Part shown: piece after piece, positions 47,801 to 59,599 of the stretch
Layout of the letters: every line of letters starts with the position of its first letter
Numbering within the stretch: the stretch's first letter is position 1
NCBI GenBank assembly: GCA_965112735.1
Contig: OZ218951.1
Span: 558,001 to 622,000 of the forward strand
Direction: 5' to 3'
DNA length: 64,000 nucleotides
Source of the DNA: Phaeosaccion multiseriatum
Lineage: Eukaryota; Protista; Ochrophyta, other classes
Position numbers and translations under genes: made by a program
The notes under the pieces: model-generated
Told to the model about the DNA's origin: nothing
The model's input: the letters and a program-made list of their open reading frames with translations, nothing else
Databases searched by the model: none

Positions 47801-48764
47801 AGATGCTGGCCCTGCAGTTCGCTGACAAGGTGAGCAAGCGGGGAGACTGTAGTGTTACACCATCTGTGGCACCATGTGCATGCATCTGAGTAATCCAGAG
47901 GAGACAGGGGCGGGTGCGGGAGGGCAATAGCAGCAGCAGCAGCGGCGGCGGCGGCGGCATGTGATATGAGCAAGGGGGGGGGGCACAATGATGTCCACAA
48001 TTCTGATATAATGAGCCTGAACTTTTATGTTGATACAAACACTGTGTTTGAGTGCCGCTTCCCTTGCTCGGCATTGCTCGCTGCCCCGCTGCTGTCCTCT
48101 GCCCCCTCTCTCCTCTTTCCCCTCGTCCTCTCTACTTTGAACCAACTCGCACAGTCTGTCTGCCCATACACCTGCGAACCAACGCCCTGCCCCCCCGCCC
48201 TCCTGCCTTGTATGTCGCGCATCTGCTCATTCTTCCCCAGGCGAGCGGGCTCGTGGAGAACAACGAGCGCCTGCTCGACGCTCGTACCGGCAACTACGGC
48301 TACAGAGACGACGGAGGGGGGCGGGGCCGCGGAGGAGGCGGCTGGGGAGGCCGCGGAGGAGGGCGAGGTGAGCGCACACGGAGGAGGGGAAACCTTGGGG
48401 AAGCTCCATCGTAGGGGGCGGGGGCGGGTGCCGTCGGTTGTGTCCGTGTGTGTGCGAGGGAGGGACCTGATTTCTCTGTGCAGCCCAACAAGACGTGTGT
48501 CCTTTAACTCTGTGTGTGTCTCTCTCCTTTCCTGCTGCTTGCTGTACCACCAACTGCTGCTGCGTGCGTTCGTTCTCTCCCACAGGTGGCGGCAGCTACC
48601 GGGGCGGGGGCGGCTACAGGGGCGGGGGACGAGGAGGAGGCAGCTACCGAGGAGGAGGCAGGGGGCGCGGAGGGCGGAGCAGAGCCTTCCAAGACCGAAC
48701 GGGGGCGTACGCAGGAGACCGGATATTCAAGGACGAGAAGAAGGTTCGAGGTATTATGGCATAG
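38837..48764 (+). CDS. EIF3C: Eukaryotic translation initiation factor 3 subunit C (eIF3c/NIP1), many exons; snoRNA host gene
   Basis: [14 protein letters not shown]..; [35 protein letters not shown]; [15 protein letters not shown]; [26 protein letters not shown]; [20 protein letters not shown]; [17 protein letters not shown]; [12 protein letters not shown]; [12 protein letters not shown] (PCI domain); RGG-rich tail. Confidence 0.97.
40911..41046 (+). ncRNA. Intronic box C/D snoRNA, snR57-like (guide for the 18S site equivalent to yeast Gm1572)
   Basis: Terminal stem CTGC/GCAG, variant C box (gCGATGA), D' CCGA at 40956-40959 preceded by GAATTCCTCGTT (complement of conserved 18S AACGAGGAAUUC; the D'+5 base pairs with the G of CG), variant D box TTGA. 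Confidence 0.65.
41543..41735 (+). ncRNA. Intronic H/ACA-like RNA, copy 1 (target unassigned)
   Basis: 5' hairpin (GGGTC..GAGGCGC/GCGCCTC..GACCC), H box ACATGA at 41622-41627, small TGGAG/CTCCA hairpin, 3' hairpin (GGCCGGG..CCTGGCC), ACA at 41730-41732. Near-identical copy at 43702. Confidence 0.6.
42117..42197 (+). ncRNA. U55: Box C/D snoRNA U55 (SNORD55-like), copy 1
   Basis: Stem GGCAG/CTGCC, C box ATGAGGA, C' ATGATGA, guide TTCACCTTGGAGA (complement of LSU UCUCCAAGGUGAA) next to D box CTGA, in the same register as human U55 as recalled. Confidence 0.85.
42281..42361 (+). ncRNA. U55: Box C/D snoRNA U55 (SNORD55-like), copy 2
   Basis: Same architecture as copy 1; guide (A)ACCTTGGAGA + CTGA; GTGATGA C' box. 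Confidence 0.85.
43702..43894 (+). ncRNA. Intronic H/ACA-like RNA, copy 2 (target unassigned)
   Basis: Matches 41543-41735 except one change at the apical loop and one after the ACA; H box at 43781-43786, ACA at 43889-43891. Confidence 0.6.
45527..45640 (+). ncRNA. U14: U14 snoRNA (SNORD14/snR128)
   Basis: Stem TCGC/GCGA, C box GTGATGA, domain A ACATTCGCAGT, domain B CTTCCTTGGATGT followed by D box CTGA: the hallmark U14 elements. Confidence 0.95.
45843..45909. repeat. Intronic 22-bp tandem repeat, about 3 copies, next to a 3' splice site
   Basis: GGGAT(G/A)TCTGTTTCG at 45851, 45873 and 45895. Confidence 0.85.
47982..48056 (+). ncRNA. Box C/D snoRNA, U57/snR51-like (guide for the 18S site equivalent to yeast Am100 / human Am99)
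   Basis: Stem GGCAC/GTGCC, C box ATGATGT, guide CTGATATAATGAGC (complement of 18S GCUCAUUAUAUCAG) + D' CTGA at 48017-48020 (the +5 base pairs with the A of CUCA), variant D box TTGA. Confidence 0.75.
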
Positions 48765-49496
48765 CTCGCGTAGCCTGCCCAGAGAGTCGGCAGCAGCAGC
48801 CGTAGCCGTAGGTGGGGCACAAGCAGCAGTGGCGGCAGCGGCGGCGTAGGGTGTTGGGGGCAAATAGTATTGATCGGTTGAGGGAGAGGGGAACGGTTCT
48901 CACACTCTCCTTGCTCACAATGAATAAATAAAAGCCCAATCCTCTTCCCCCCGGTCTACTGTATACTAGATAGAGGCTGTTGGCCGGAGTCCCAACCGTT
49001 CCTCTCCCGTCAGTACAGGCTTCCCTCGCTCGAAGCTGGGCTCCTGGTTTTCCAACCGTTTCATTCGTTGACTATGACTATGGCAGAGGACAATTTCTGA
49101 AACGACGAGCGACGCATAAAAACGTATGTGAGATCCAAATGATCCGAATGAAAGAAGATTCCAACCTCACGACGCGCAACTCTGTCCAGATGTAGACACG
49201 AAGAATGGGGGGTTACGGCTGGCCCCGGTTGCTACAGGATATAGTGTCTTGTGCGTTTCTGTGCTGCGCTCTTCCACCCAAAACCACAGCAGCTGCGCTC
49301 TGTGTTTTGGCCGCCTTCCCTTCTCTTATATACGTGGGCGGCATCTGCGGTGCAAGCCCTGATCGACGAGCGATGTAAGTGCGTAGTCATTTTTTCTTCT
49401 TTCCTTCCTTCCTTAACGCCTCTGCTGTACACGTTTCCCTTCTTCTCCCTCTCCAACACTGGTGAGCAGCCTTGGATCATCATCTTCATCGCGGGT

Positions 49497-51694
49497 ATGA
49501 AGGCGTCTACCCTCACGGGTTCTGGTATCTTCCTACTCGCGACCCTGGGCCCAATCCTGACGCAACCAGCTCGAGCCGCGGGTAGAACGAATGCCTATCG
49601 AGGCATCAAAGAGCTTCAAGAGGTACCGCAGCCGTACGCTGAGCGCTCGTATCGACGCCATTTTACAGCACGGCCCGCTGCTGCCACTAATGGTCGCTCA
49701 AGATTTCATGACAAGTAGGTTTCAGGCCATCAATGCCCAGCATCGGTACCCCCACAACATACTCCATCCACCCTCTGACATCAGCACAACTCTTGCCACC
49801 TCTCCCCTCGAAGTACGCCGTGAGAAACCACTTCCTCACGCTGCCGTTGTGGCCGCCGCAGTGCTCACCACCCTTTCCCCCTCGCTACACTCTTTGTGGA
49901 CCTCTCTCAAACCTCTGCCTCCCCCTTTCCCTCCCCTCCCCCCTTGCTTGTGGTGTCTCCGCCTCTCTTCTTCCCCCAGGCCAACCGCCTCCAATCGAGT
50001 CCCTGTAGTCCACGTCGCCTATGACGTGGTCATAAGTGCGGATGTAATATCTCTGGATCATGACCCCGCCGTGCGACACGTGCTCTGTGTGCCCCCTGTG
50101 GAGGTATGAGAGCACACCGCTTCTTCGATGCCTTTGAGCATGATTCGCTCTGCCTTTCTACCGCAGCCGTTTGCCCCCATCGCTCTGTCTCCAGACCCCC
50201 CCCCCCCCTCACCCCGCCCTTCGCTTCGTCTCCCTCCTATTATCGCCCTCCATGTGACTGTTGCTACCTCTTTTCCTTCTCTCGCTTGGCCAATCCTGTC
50301 ATCTCAATCCTGCATGCCAGGGTATACCTTCAGCAGCTTTGCCCAACATATTGGTAAACGTCAGCGACGCTGCCAACGTCACGTCTGCATGGAGTGCGGG
50401 TGAAACGGTTCTCACGGGGAGTGAGCTGGAAGACTGTAACGACGGAAAAGGCGCTCCAGTCATTGAGCCCTTCTATCGAAAGGTCGTCGACTTCTCTCTG
50501 CGAAGTGATGGCTTAGTGGAAGTCATTGCAGTCTTTCATAATGTATCGTCTTGCTTTGAGTCAATGGTAAGTGAGGGAGTGAGTGAGGAAGGGAGAGAGG
50601 GAGCGAGTGAGTGAGTGAATGAGTGAGTGAGTGAGTGAGTAAGTGAGTGAGTGAGTGAGTGAGTGAGTGAGTGAGTGAGTGAGTGAGTGAGCGAGCAAGT
50701 ATGTGTGAGAGGGTGAGGGATATGTCCTGTATTGTTTAGGCAGCGTCTTGCATTTTCTCACCCACACCTGCTCTAGGCCTGACAGCTTTGCACAACATTC
50801 TGACGCTTTCCTCTCTTTCGGACAAACGTCAAAACGCAGAGCCTCCACGTCGAGATCGACACACCATTGACCAACAACGCCTCGACGATCGGCCCTCATG
50901 CTGGCCGGCGTGAGCTGGGTGGTGTGACGGCGGCTCTCGAGAAAGGGCAGCTTGACAAGGAGTTCGTGGAAATACCTCGCCATCTCTTCTTTGAGCAGCA
51001 GCAGCCGCCGCGATACTGGCAGGCTGAGGAAGAGCAGCAAAGCGCATCTTCTCCCGTCTCTGATACCATCGACGGGAGGAGGAGGAGTCCCCCCCAAAGC
51101 CCTGTTGCCGTGCCGGAGTGGCTGAGAGCTGCTGGGTCTGGCACTGAAGGAGGGGGAGAGGAAGGGTATCATAGCGGACGAAACCTTCTTTGGGAAAGCT
51201 TCGAGCTCGATGCCACACAGACACTTGCGGACTTTTCTGTGAACTATGACAGCGATACGGGTCGAGCGGATGAGAGCAGGTACGTTGGATAATTTGGTGT
51301 GCATAAGCAGGGGGGCTCTTGAGCGTCATTGAATAGAAGGGAACGGAAGTGAGATTATCAGTGGCCCCGCGAGAGTTGGGGCCGAGGGAGGAGAGGACTG
51401 TGTGCTTGTTTGGGCCCCTCCAGATGCTCTGCGCAGAGTACGTGGATACACCCCTTCTCATGTCGCCTCCCCTCACTCATCACAGCATTGCTGTCGACGA
51501 TGACGGAAGGGTCATGTGTGAGAACTGCTATGCCTACCTCGGAAGCGGACTGATCTTCTCCATGGAAAGCTACTGCTATGCGACTTACAGCTTCTGGGAG
51601 GGGGTAGACTACGGGTGCGGTACGTCCCTGCTGGAGTTCGAGACGGTGTGTATCCCTATGCCAGCTGAGCTTGGACAGTATGTATGTATGAGTG

Positions 51695-51737
<43 letters not shown>

Positions 51738-54700
51738 ATACGTGTACGTGCGTGTGTGTGTGTGTGCGTTCTTCTCTCTCTTCGACCCGCGGATGGTGTG
51801 TGTACACTATACAGCCGTGCATGTGCGTCCTTTTCCCAATCCAAACTAACGTGATGTGACTTGGCGTGACGTGACTTCTTGCTTCCTCCCGTCCCTTGGT
51901 CAGATAACGGAAGCAGGAATGAGCTTATACTTCCGAGTCCAAGGTCCGAAGTCGGGGGACTCCTACTCCACTGATCTGGGCTCTACCACCTTCAGCTCGT
52001 TCATACTCTATCTCGGGTCTGTGCCAATGTCCATGCAACCTTCCTTCGCACTCTCTGCTGAGGTGGCTGTGGTCGATGGGGGTATGGAGGACATGTCTTT
52101 CTTCACTGGCATTGAAGTGGCCGGCAGTCACACCTGCGGATTCTCCTATTCAGACTCGGGCGGTGAGAAATACGGGCGAACTCAGCATGCTCCACTCAGA
52201 GAATCCAGCCACGCTGAGTGTGACCACAGCAAGGCAGCACAGCTCTACAGAGGGCATCACGATGTGGCGTTTCTTGCGGCACCAAACGCTTCTCACTGCA
52301 ATCAAAGCTGTATTGTTACATGCTGTTGACCCCTCTTCGCTCCCCGGCCTTCCCTTCATTCTTCTCTTTTCTCTTCATTCTCGTGCTCTCTTTTCGCAGG
52401 TTTTACGGACCTCGGCGACACTTCCTGGTCATACGACGCAGTGCCACTCTCGGTGACCTCTCCTGAGAGCACTCCCGGCGAGGACTATCTCAATGTCCGC
52501 GTTGCGCTTATTCCGCAGTTCTCGTTGCTCATTTGGGGGCTTTTCGACCTGGAGGTGATTGATTGCGCAGGGCGGACGGGTGGGCAGCCCGGTGGGCGGA
52601 GCGAGGGTCACACCCACCCACTCGTGGAGCGAAGATATGCACGCTTCAGCCCAGCCTACCTCCCTCACCCGCAATTTTTTTGCTCTCCCTCCTTCCACGC
52701 TTGGGTGTTTCGCTTTTTAAAACTTGCTTCAGGCCTATTTGAAGCCCTACGTAGGATTCACTTTCGACATGGAAGAGAGCGATGACGGACTCGCTGAGGA
52801 TATACCCGACAACGAAGCAGAGGGCTCCGTACTCGTCGCGATCGCCGTGCCTGACACGCCTGATGCTCCCAAGCCGACCACCCCGCTCTTCCTCCTCGAC
52901 ACCAACGCCATTCGAGTGGAAATCGAGCCCGTGCTGGACACCTCCAACAGCGCTGTCAGTGCACAGGAAGCAGTCGTGGCCACCAACTATGAGCTTATCT
53001 TCCGATGTGCGGCTGGAGACGGCTGGTTCGACTGGCTGTTCGACTGTTGGTTCGCGACGGCCCTGAGGCCCTCCAATCTTGGCTTCTTTCAGCCATGGGA
53101 CGGCGATGGTACCGGAGGTGAGGAGGCTGTTGTGTACAGAATTGACTCCACCAGGAGCTCCCCTTTCCTCATCAAGGAGATGACACTAAATGGCCCGGAG
53201 GCGGCCGCGTACGCCAAAGTGCAAGACTGCGCCACAGTTTGCATGACCGAAAGCAAGGCCGGGGGGAGCTGCTCCGCCTTTGCTTTCAGGGAGCAGTCGT
53301 CTTCCTCTTCTCTGGGCTCATGTGCCCTCTACAACACCACCGTGACGGAAGGCCTGCCTGTGTTGTCGTGCGACAGTGCCGTGAACTCGACCTCAGCCAC
53401 GACTGACTGCGGCGGAGATGTCCTTCTATATGAAGCACTCTCTTCGGACTGGCTGACCTATGAAGTGCGTGATGGAGACCCTCTCGGGTACGAGGCCCGG
53501 GACGGCGATGGTGAAGACGCAAATACGACGAGCATCCTCGAAGTCGTCGTGCACAACGGACAATATGCATTCAAAGTAAGTGGATCAACATCAACATTGC
53601 TTTCAGTGTGCGAGGGTGTGGTGGCACTTCGTCTCGCTCAAAGCCTCTGTTTTCCCCTTGCTTTCTTCCGTCATCCCTCGACTCCTCCTGCTGGCATCAT
53701 AACAATCTGAACAGGCACGGGCGGGGAACTACATGGGCTGGAGCGAGTGGAGCGCCGCAAGCGCCCCGAGTGCTTTGGCAACTCTGTCATCCATTGAGGC
53801 CTCCTTCTCTCAGGATGGCGATTTGACAGTGTCCCGGATATCCAACTTCTACTCCACGTTCCAGAAAGTTACTCTGTATGAGTCGGTCTTTCTTCTTTCG
53901 GACGTGGTGGAGATACAGGAGCAGTTTTCAAGCAGTACGTCTTCTTCTCATTACTACGGCATGGACTTGTCCTACACGATTGCACATGACGACTGGTGCG
54001 CCGAGACTTTCTCCTCCAATCCTTCGGGGGGGTCATACTACTTCTACATCGAGAGTGCGGAAGACGAAACGAGCTACGAAAACGGCGAGATCGTCCATGG
54101 CTCGTCAAATTACCTCTACTTGTACCCCGACACTTCCTATGTCAGTGCTCCATCGGTTGTCGCGACCTCCTATTCGGAACTGTCTTTGACCTGGGAGAGA
54201 GGATCCGGCGGGGCATACGCACCGGCCACCTCCTTTACCCTGCTCGTTGAGCATGATTGTTCGTTAGCAGCAGCACTGTCGAGCAGTTTCTGCGCATCGT
54301 ATGCTGTTGCCGTGGACGCGTCGACGCACTGTGAGGGCACGCTGTGCTCCTTCAACTTGGAGTGGAGGGACGGGTCTACGCACTACGTGTACATCACTGC
54401 CCACACCTGCGTGGGGGATGGTAGCAGATCCAGGTACGCCACGGCGGAACGTCCTTCCCCTCCTCTTCCTTCATCTTCTTCTTCATCGTCTCCTTCTTCT
54501 CGGCGGCTGCTACTGAGAGACACGGTAGCGGAACAGGGCATTCAGATGGACAAGGCGCCGCCACCGCTGAGAGTGGCTGGGGCGAGGGTCGACGTTCCTC
54601 GAGGGGCAAGTGCGCACACAAGTACACGTGCGAGCTCGCTTGGCAGCATCTCATCGTCAGGCCCACTTCGAAAGAAGCCGACGGGTGCCTTGCTAGAGCC

Positions 54701-56526
54701 CACCCATACGCCTGTCCAGATCAACACAAAAAGGGCCCAAGACGGTGTGGGTGATGAGCTTCCTACCCTCTATCACCATCGCCATTTGGATGATTCTTCC
54801 TCTTCCACTTGTTCTGTGGTCTTCACGTATCAAGTGTATTACGGAGTATCCCTCCTTCTCGGAATGGGGGCCATCACAGTTCCAGAATCGTACTGGCTCA
54901 TCGGCGGTTATGAGATCTTTTCAGGCTTCACTTTGGTAAGGCCTTGAATTGAAGCCTTCGCTTTTTGAGAAGGGGGTGATCCTCGACTACTCGATACTCA
55001 CTGCCCCCCTCTTACGTTTCCGCCGCGCGTATCATTTCGTTACCCTCCACACACTTGATAAAGTGATCCTCAGGTACTCACGTCCTATTTCCCACGTCCT
55101 CCCTCGTTCTGTTTCGTCCTCCATGACTCGGTAACCCGGACCCCCCTCTCCTTTGGGTGTGGTGGCATCACGTCGTAATGGCCTGACTTGGCTGGGGCGG
55201 CCTGCTCAGCCCGAGATATCCCTCGTCGGCCCCACCGACTTCGATGATTCTTGGGGCTGGACTTCGGGCGACTTCTCCCTCTCGTGTATGCCATCCTCCA
55301 TCAAGGTACGGTACACATTTTTACCGCCATACACTGGCACCTACCCTTCCGCTGTGGTTGATTCTTGGCATTGGGAAATTCTAGTAAAAAGGTGTCAGCT
55401 AGTTTAACTAACAGGTGTCAGCGAGCTAACTAAACGCGCGTGCGTGCGTCTACTGAAACAGGTGGTTGAGCCAGCTCTAAACGACACCTGGGCCCTCAAC
55501 ACGACCCACCACGTCATTTCATGGGAGTCTTACGGCTCTATCGCCACCAACTCCAGCGGTCGGGTGTCGGTGGAGCTTTTCGCACTGTCTAGCGCCCTCC
55601 TTACCACCCTCTCACCGGCGGGCGGGGCGGTCATCACCGAGGGACAGCTGACTTGGGCCCTTCTCGACTCTGAATTTGATGAGGGAGAGTACGTGATCAG
55701 AGTGAGCTCTCTGGAAGAAGAGGAAGTGGGGGCATACAGCGATGTCTTCACCATCTCTGAGGCTGGCAGCGAGAGCGACGCAGCAGCGTTCTATAGTGCC
55801 AGTGACATTGAGTGGGATGCCGTCCTGGCGTTCGGAGAGACGCTGGAGGAGGATGAGGACGAGGGAGGTGAGCGGTGGGGTGCACGTTGTCATTGAAGTG
55901 GTCGAGGGTCTGGATCGGTCGGTCGACCTAGAGCATGAGGGTTGGGGGGGGGGGTGCTGGGTAGAAATGGGGAGGGAAGGGCGGGCTGAGGCTGGGCAAT
56001 GTGAATTTGATGCTGCCTTCTGCCTTCTCTCCTTGACTTTATGCTCGAAAACGCTCTCTCCCCCTCGCATCACTATTTTGCCCGCACACGCACACACGCA
56101 CACACACACACAAAAACAAACACACACGCACACACACACACACACACACGCACATACGCACTTCAGGTTTCTTGTCCGTGGACTACAACGCCACCTCGTG
56201 CCGTGCCAAGTTTGTCACCTTCCCCCTCGTGCTCGCGTGCGACGTGGCGTTGGTCGTGGAGGTAGCGAACTCTGCCATGACCGTCACTGCTCGACTCGGA
56301 GTGGAATTTGCTGACCTCGAGGACATCAAAGCAGGCGAGGAGGAGGGCTCGTCGGGCTTCTCTATCAACATGCTCTACGGCGTGGAAACCTCCGAGTTCG
56401 ACTTTCCTTCGTTGGGAGACAGCTATTTTTTTTCTGTTCTCGAAGGGCGAGAGCTCATGCCTCGCATGAAGTTCCCCCAGGCGGAGGACGTCGAGTACTT
56501 CAAGTACAGCTATCTCGTGGGAGGAG

Positions 56527-56575
<49 letters not shown>

Positions 56576-59393
56576 CAACAACGACACAGTGGCAGAACCA
56601 CAATCGCAATTCAACGTCAGTCTGAGCATGAAAGATCAGTTGGCGGACTTACTGGGCGACGCCAGCGGCACAGTAGGCCACGCCGCGGACCTCATTTCCG
56701 AGGCCGCTGACGTTGTGGGGTTCGATGCAACGTTGCGCCTCAGCCTCCTCAGCGTTGACACTGCTTTGGGCGGCGCTGTGTTCGAGCTTCATCTTGACTA
56801 TGCCCTGATGGACGAAGACGAGATTGACTGGTCCGATCACGGCAACGACGGCCCCACCAGCTCTGGCCTCTTCCAGAGCGCAAAAGCTCTCATGGGAGCG
56901 TCCGATGCCGCCGCGAACGAGAAACTTTTCAAGAAAATCAGAGGAGCATTTGGCTTCAGCCGCGCCAACAAGGGCTCCATCAACATTGGGGCAATGCTCG
57001 CCCGCTATCTGGCAAGCGAGCGGCGTCGGTTGGGTACGTCGTCGTCGTCGTCGTCGGGTTCCGGGGAAGCATTTGTCGACAATGGCGGGTCGTTCGCAGT
57101 GGGGAGCTCTGCGACTGGGGAGAGTGCTTCTGCTCCCACGCCGGCTCCCACTGCCGCACCTACAGCCACGCCTACAGCTGCACCTACTGTAGCACCAACA
57201 GCTGCACCTACTGTAGCGCCAACAATCGCTCCAACCATCGCACCAACGACCGGTGAGGGAAGGAGCTGGTTCTCTCGATTCGGTCCTGACGGGCGCCCCT
57301 CCTCCCCCCACTCCCCTACTTTCTTCTGCCATCTCTCCCCTTTGTATTGGTAGTGAGCACTCGTCTCTGACATCATCCTTCCCTTCTCTGTACCCCGTCT
57401 CTGCCCCCACCCTGCCCGGCGTTGCAGCACCGACAGTCACACCGACAGCCACACCTACCACCGCACCAACGGCCACACCGACAGCCACACCGACAGCCGC
57501 ACCGACAGCCGCACCGACAGCCGCACCGACAGCCACACCGACGGCCACGCCGACAGCCACACCGACAGCCGCACCGACAGCCGCACCAACAGCCACCCCG
57601 ACAGCCACACCGACAGCAGCACCGACAGCCACACCCACAGAAGCTCCCATTCAGGTCAGTATCTCTGCCCTTTCTGACCCTCTCTCCTTGGTTGTGGGCG
57701 GTACTCTCCGCCCTTCCACTCTCATTTGGTCTCGTATCTTTCCGAATCGTCTGTCTGCCTCCTCAGGCACCGACTGCCACCGCTACAGCGGCTCCAGCAA
57801 TGGCTCCAACGACAGGTGAGTAATTGAAGGAAGGATAGAGAGAGAGGGGAAAAGAATAGGGGGACTGGTTCTCTCGGTTCGCTCCTCCTCTCTCCTTCTC
57901 CTTCCTACTACAAAGCGACCCTCTCTCTTCTTCTCCTTTTAATCTTAAAAAAAGCATGCTGGTTCGGTACTGACCCACGCTCCCCCGCTCCCCCGCTCCC
58001 TCCTTCCCTCTCCGCCTCCTTTGCTTCGTGATGCGGCCTCTTCCGCCACATCGACGGTCCCCTCGACAGCCGCGCCCACTGTAGCTCCTACGCAGGTGCA
58101 GTCTCTCTCTCTCATGCTCTTGCTCCTTCTCCTTGGTCCGCATTCTCTGACCCAATCCGCATCGTTTCTCCTCAGGCGTCGACAGTAGCACCCACTATGG
58201 CCCCAACGACGGCCGCCACGACCGGTGAGTGAGTGAGTGAGTGAGTGAGTGAGTGAGTGAGTGAGTAAGTGAGTGGGTGAGTAAGTGAATGAGGGAGAGA
58301 GAGAGTGAGTGAGAGAAGAATTGAACCCTCTCCCCCCCTCCCCCCAACACACCCTTCAACTCTTTGCCTCGATTGGTAGCCACAGCAGCACCTACAGCGG
58401 CTCCCACTGCTACACCTGCACCTGCCACCGCCGTCCGCGAGGTGGGCTTGTCAGGCTCCCTCGGCAACGCCACCGCAACCGAGTCTGTGGAATTAGGCGA
58501 CCTCTTGTTAGAGACGGAGGGGCTGTCGTTCAGCACTGGAGTGACGCGGGTGGTGGACTCGGACGCGGGTGGGGAGGTCGGCTTCGATAATGTACCTAAT
58601 GGCGAAACCAGCGCCATGCTCTTCACTGAGCCGGTGTCCTTCATTTCCTACCAGGGCGGCGTTGAGGGGGGCGCGGCCTTCTACTGTAAGTCGCTATAGG
58701 CAGTGAAGATGGAAGAGGGCAGAAAGGGTTGCACCCTCTCCTTGCGCAGCTTTGATAGAGCTCTGCGCATGCCCTGTCTACCCCTGGACACAAACACACA
58801 CTTCCCCTCCCACCTCTCTCTGCTGCTACCTGTACGTGTGTTTGGTAGACTCTGCCACCGTGGAAACAACTGTCACGGCCTATGCCGATGCTGAGGACGT
58901 CAGCCGCCGCCGCCGCCGCCGTCGCCGTAACGAGGCATCGGAGGTGATCGAATTGGACGGTCGTGACGTCATGGCCGTCGACGCCATCACCTTTGCTGCC
59001 CAAGCCGCGTCTGCCTGCGAAGGGAGCGACTACTGTAACTGGGACAAGGCTACCCTCAACTTTGGAGACTCAGTCGTAGTGTACGCCCTTGGCTTCGACA
59101 CCGGAACCACAAACGATGGTCTCATGCTGACCCAGCTCACCACCGGCGACATAGAGGTGGATGCCGACGCTGATGATGACGACAGCTCGGGTGACAGCAG
59201 CAGCGCCAGCAGCGCCAGCAGCAGCCCGAAGATGATCGTCATCGCCGCCTCTGCCGCCGGAGCTGGCGTCCTGTTGCTTGCCGGTGTCGGCTTTGCCATT
59301 GGCAGGAACCGGATGAGGACCAGAGCGGTGGTGATGCCCGGTGGTGCATACTGTGCGGAGGAGGCGTCTTCTACGCCCCCGGTTGGCGCCTAG
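49497..59393 (+). CDS. Large type-I membrane/surface protein: signal peptide, uncharacterised N-terminal domains, FN3-like domains with an inserted PAN/apple-like module, Ig-like domain, PT-repeat mucin stalk, C-terminal TM
   Basis: Signal MKASTLTGSGIFLLATLGPILTQPARA; FN3-like (VPDTPDAPKP..NYEL..YAFK..WSEWS; APSVVATSYSELSLTW..HYVYITAHTCVGDG); PAN-like DCATVCM..CSAFAF..CALY; (A/T)PTA repeats; TM MIVIAASAAGAGVLLLAGVGFAIG followed by a short basic tail. Confidence 0.75.
50567..50697. repeat. Intronic (GAGT)n microsatellite starting at a 5' splice site
   Basis: GTAAGTGAG.. followed by a long GTGA array; a similar array lies at 58225-58310. Confidence 0.9.
57128..57650 (+). repeat. Coding 12-bp repeats encoding PTAT/PTAA (mucin-like PT repeats)
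   Basis: CCGACAGCC(A/G)CA arrays translating to ATPT/AAPT. Confidence 0.9.
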
Positions 59394-59555
59394 GGGGAGA
59401 GCTAAGGAGGAAGGGGGGAGAGAGAGAATTTGATTGACTTCGGAACATATGGAAGGACAAGCAAGGTAATAGCCGTTTGTGAATGCGCGCCTGCCGCGTG
59501 ACAGAGCTCCTCCCCCCAGGACACTGCACAGCAGTCCAGTTGGTGATACAGCACA

Positions 59556-59568
59556 TCACAGTATCGCG

Positions 59569-59599
<31 letters not shown>

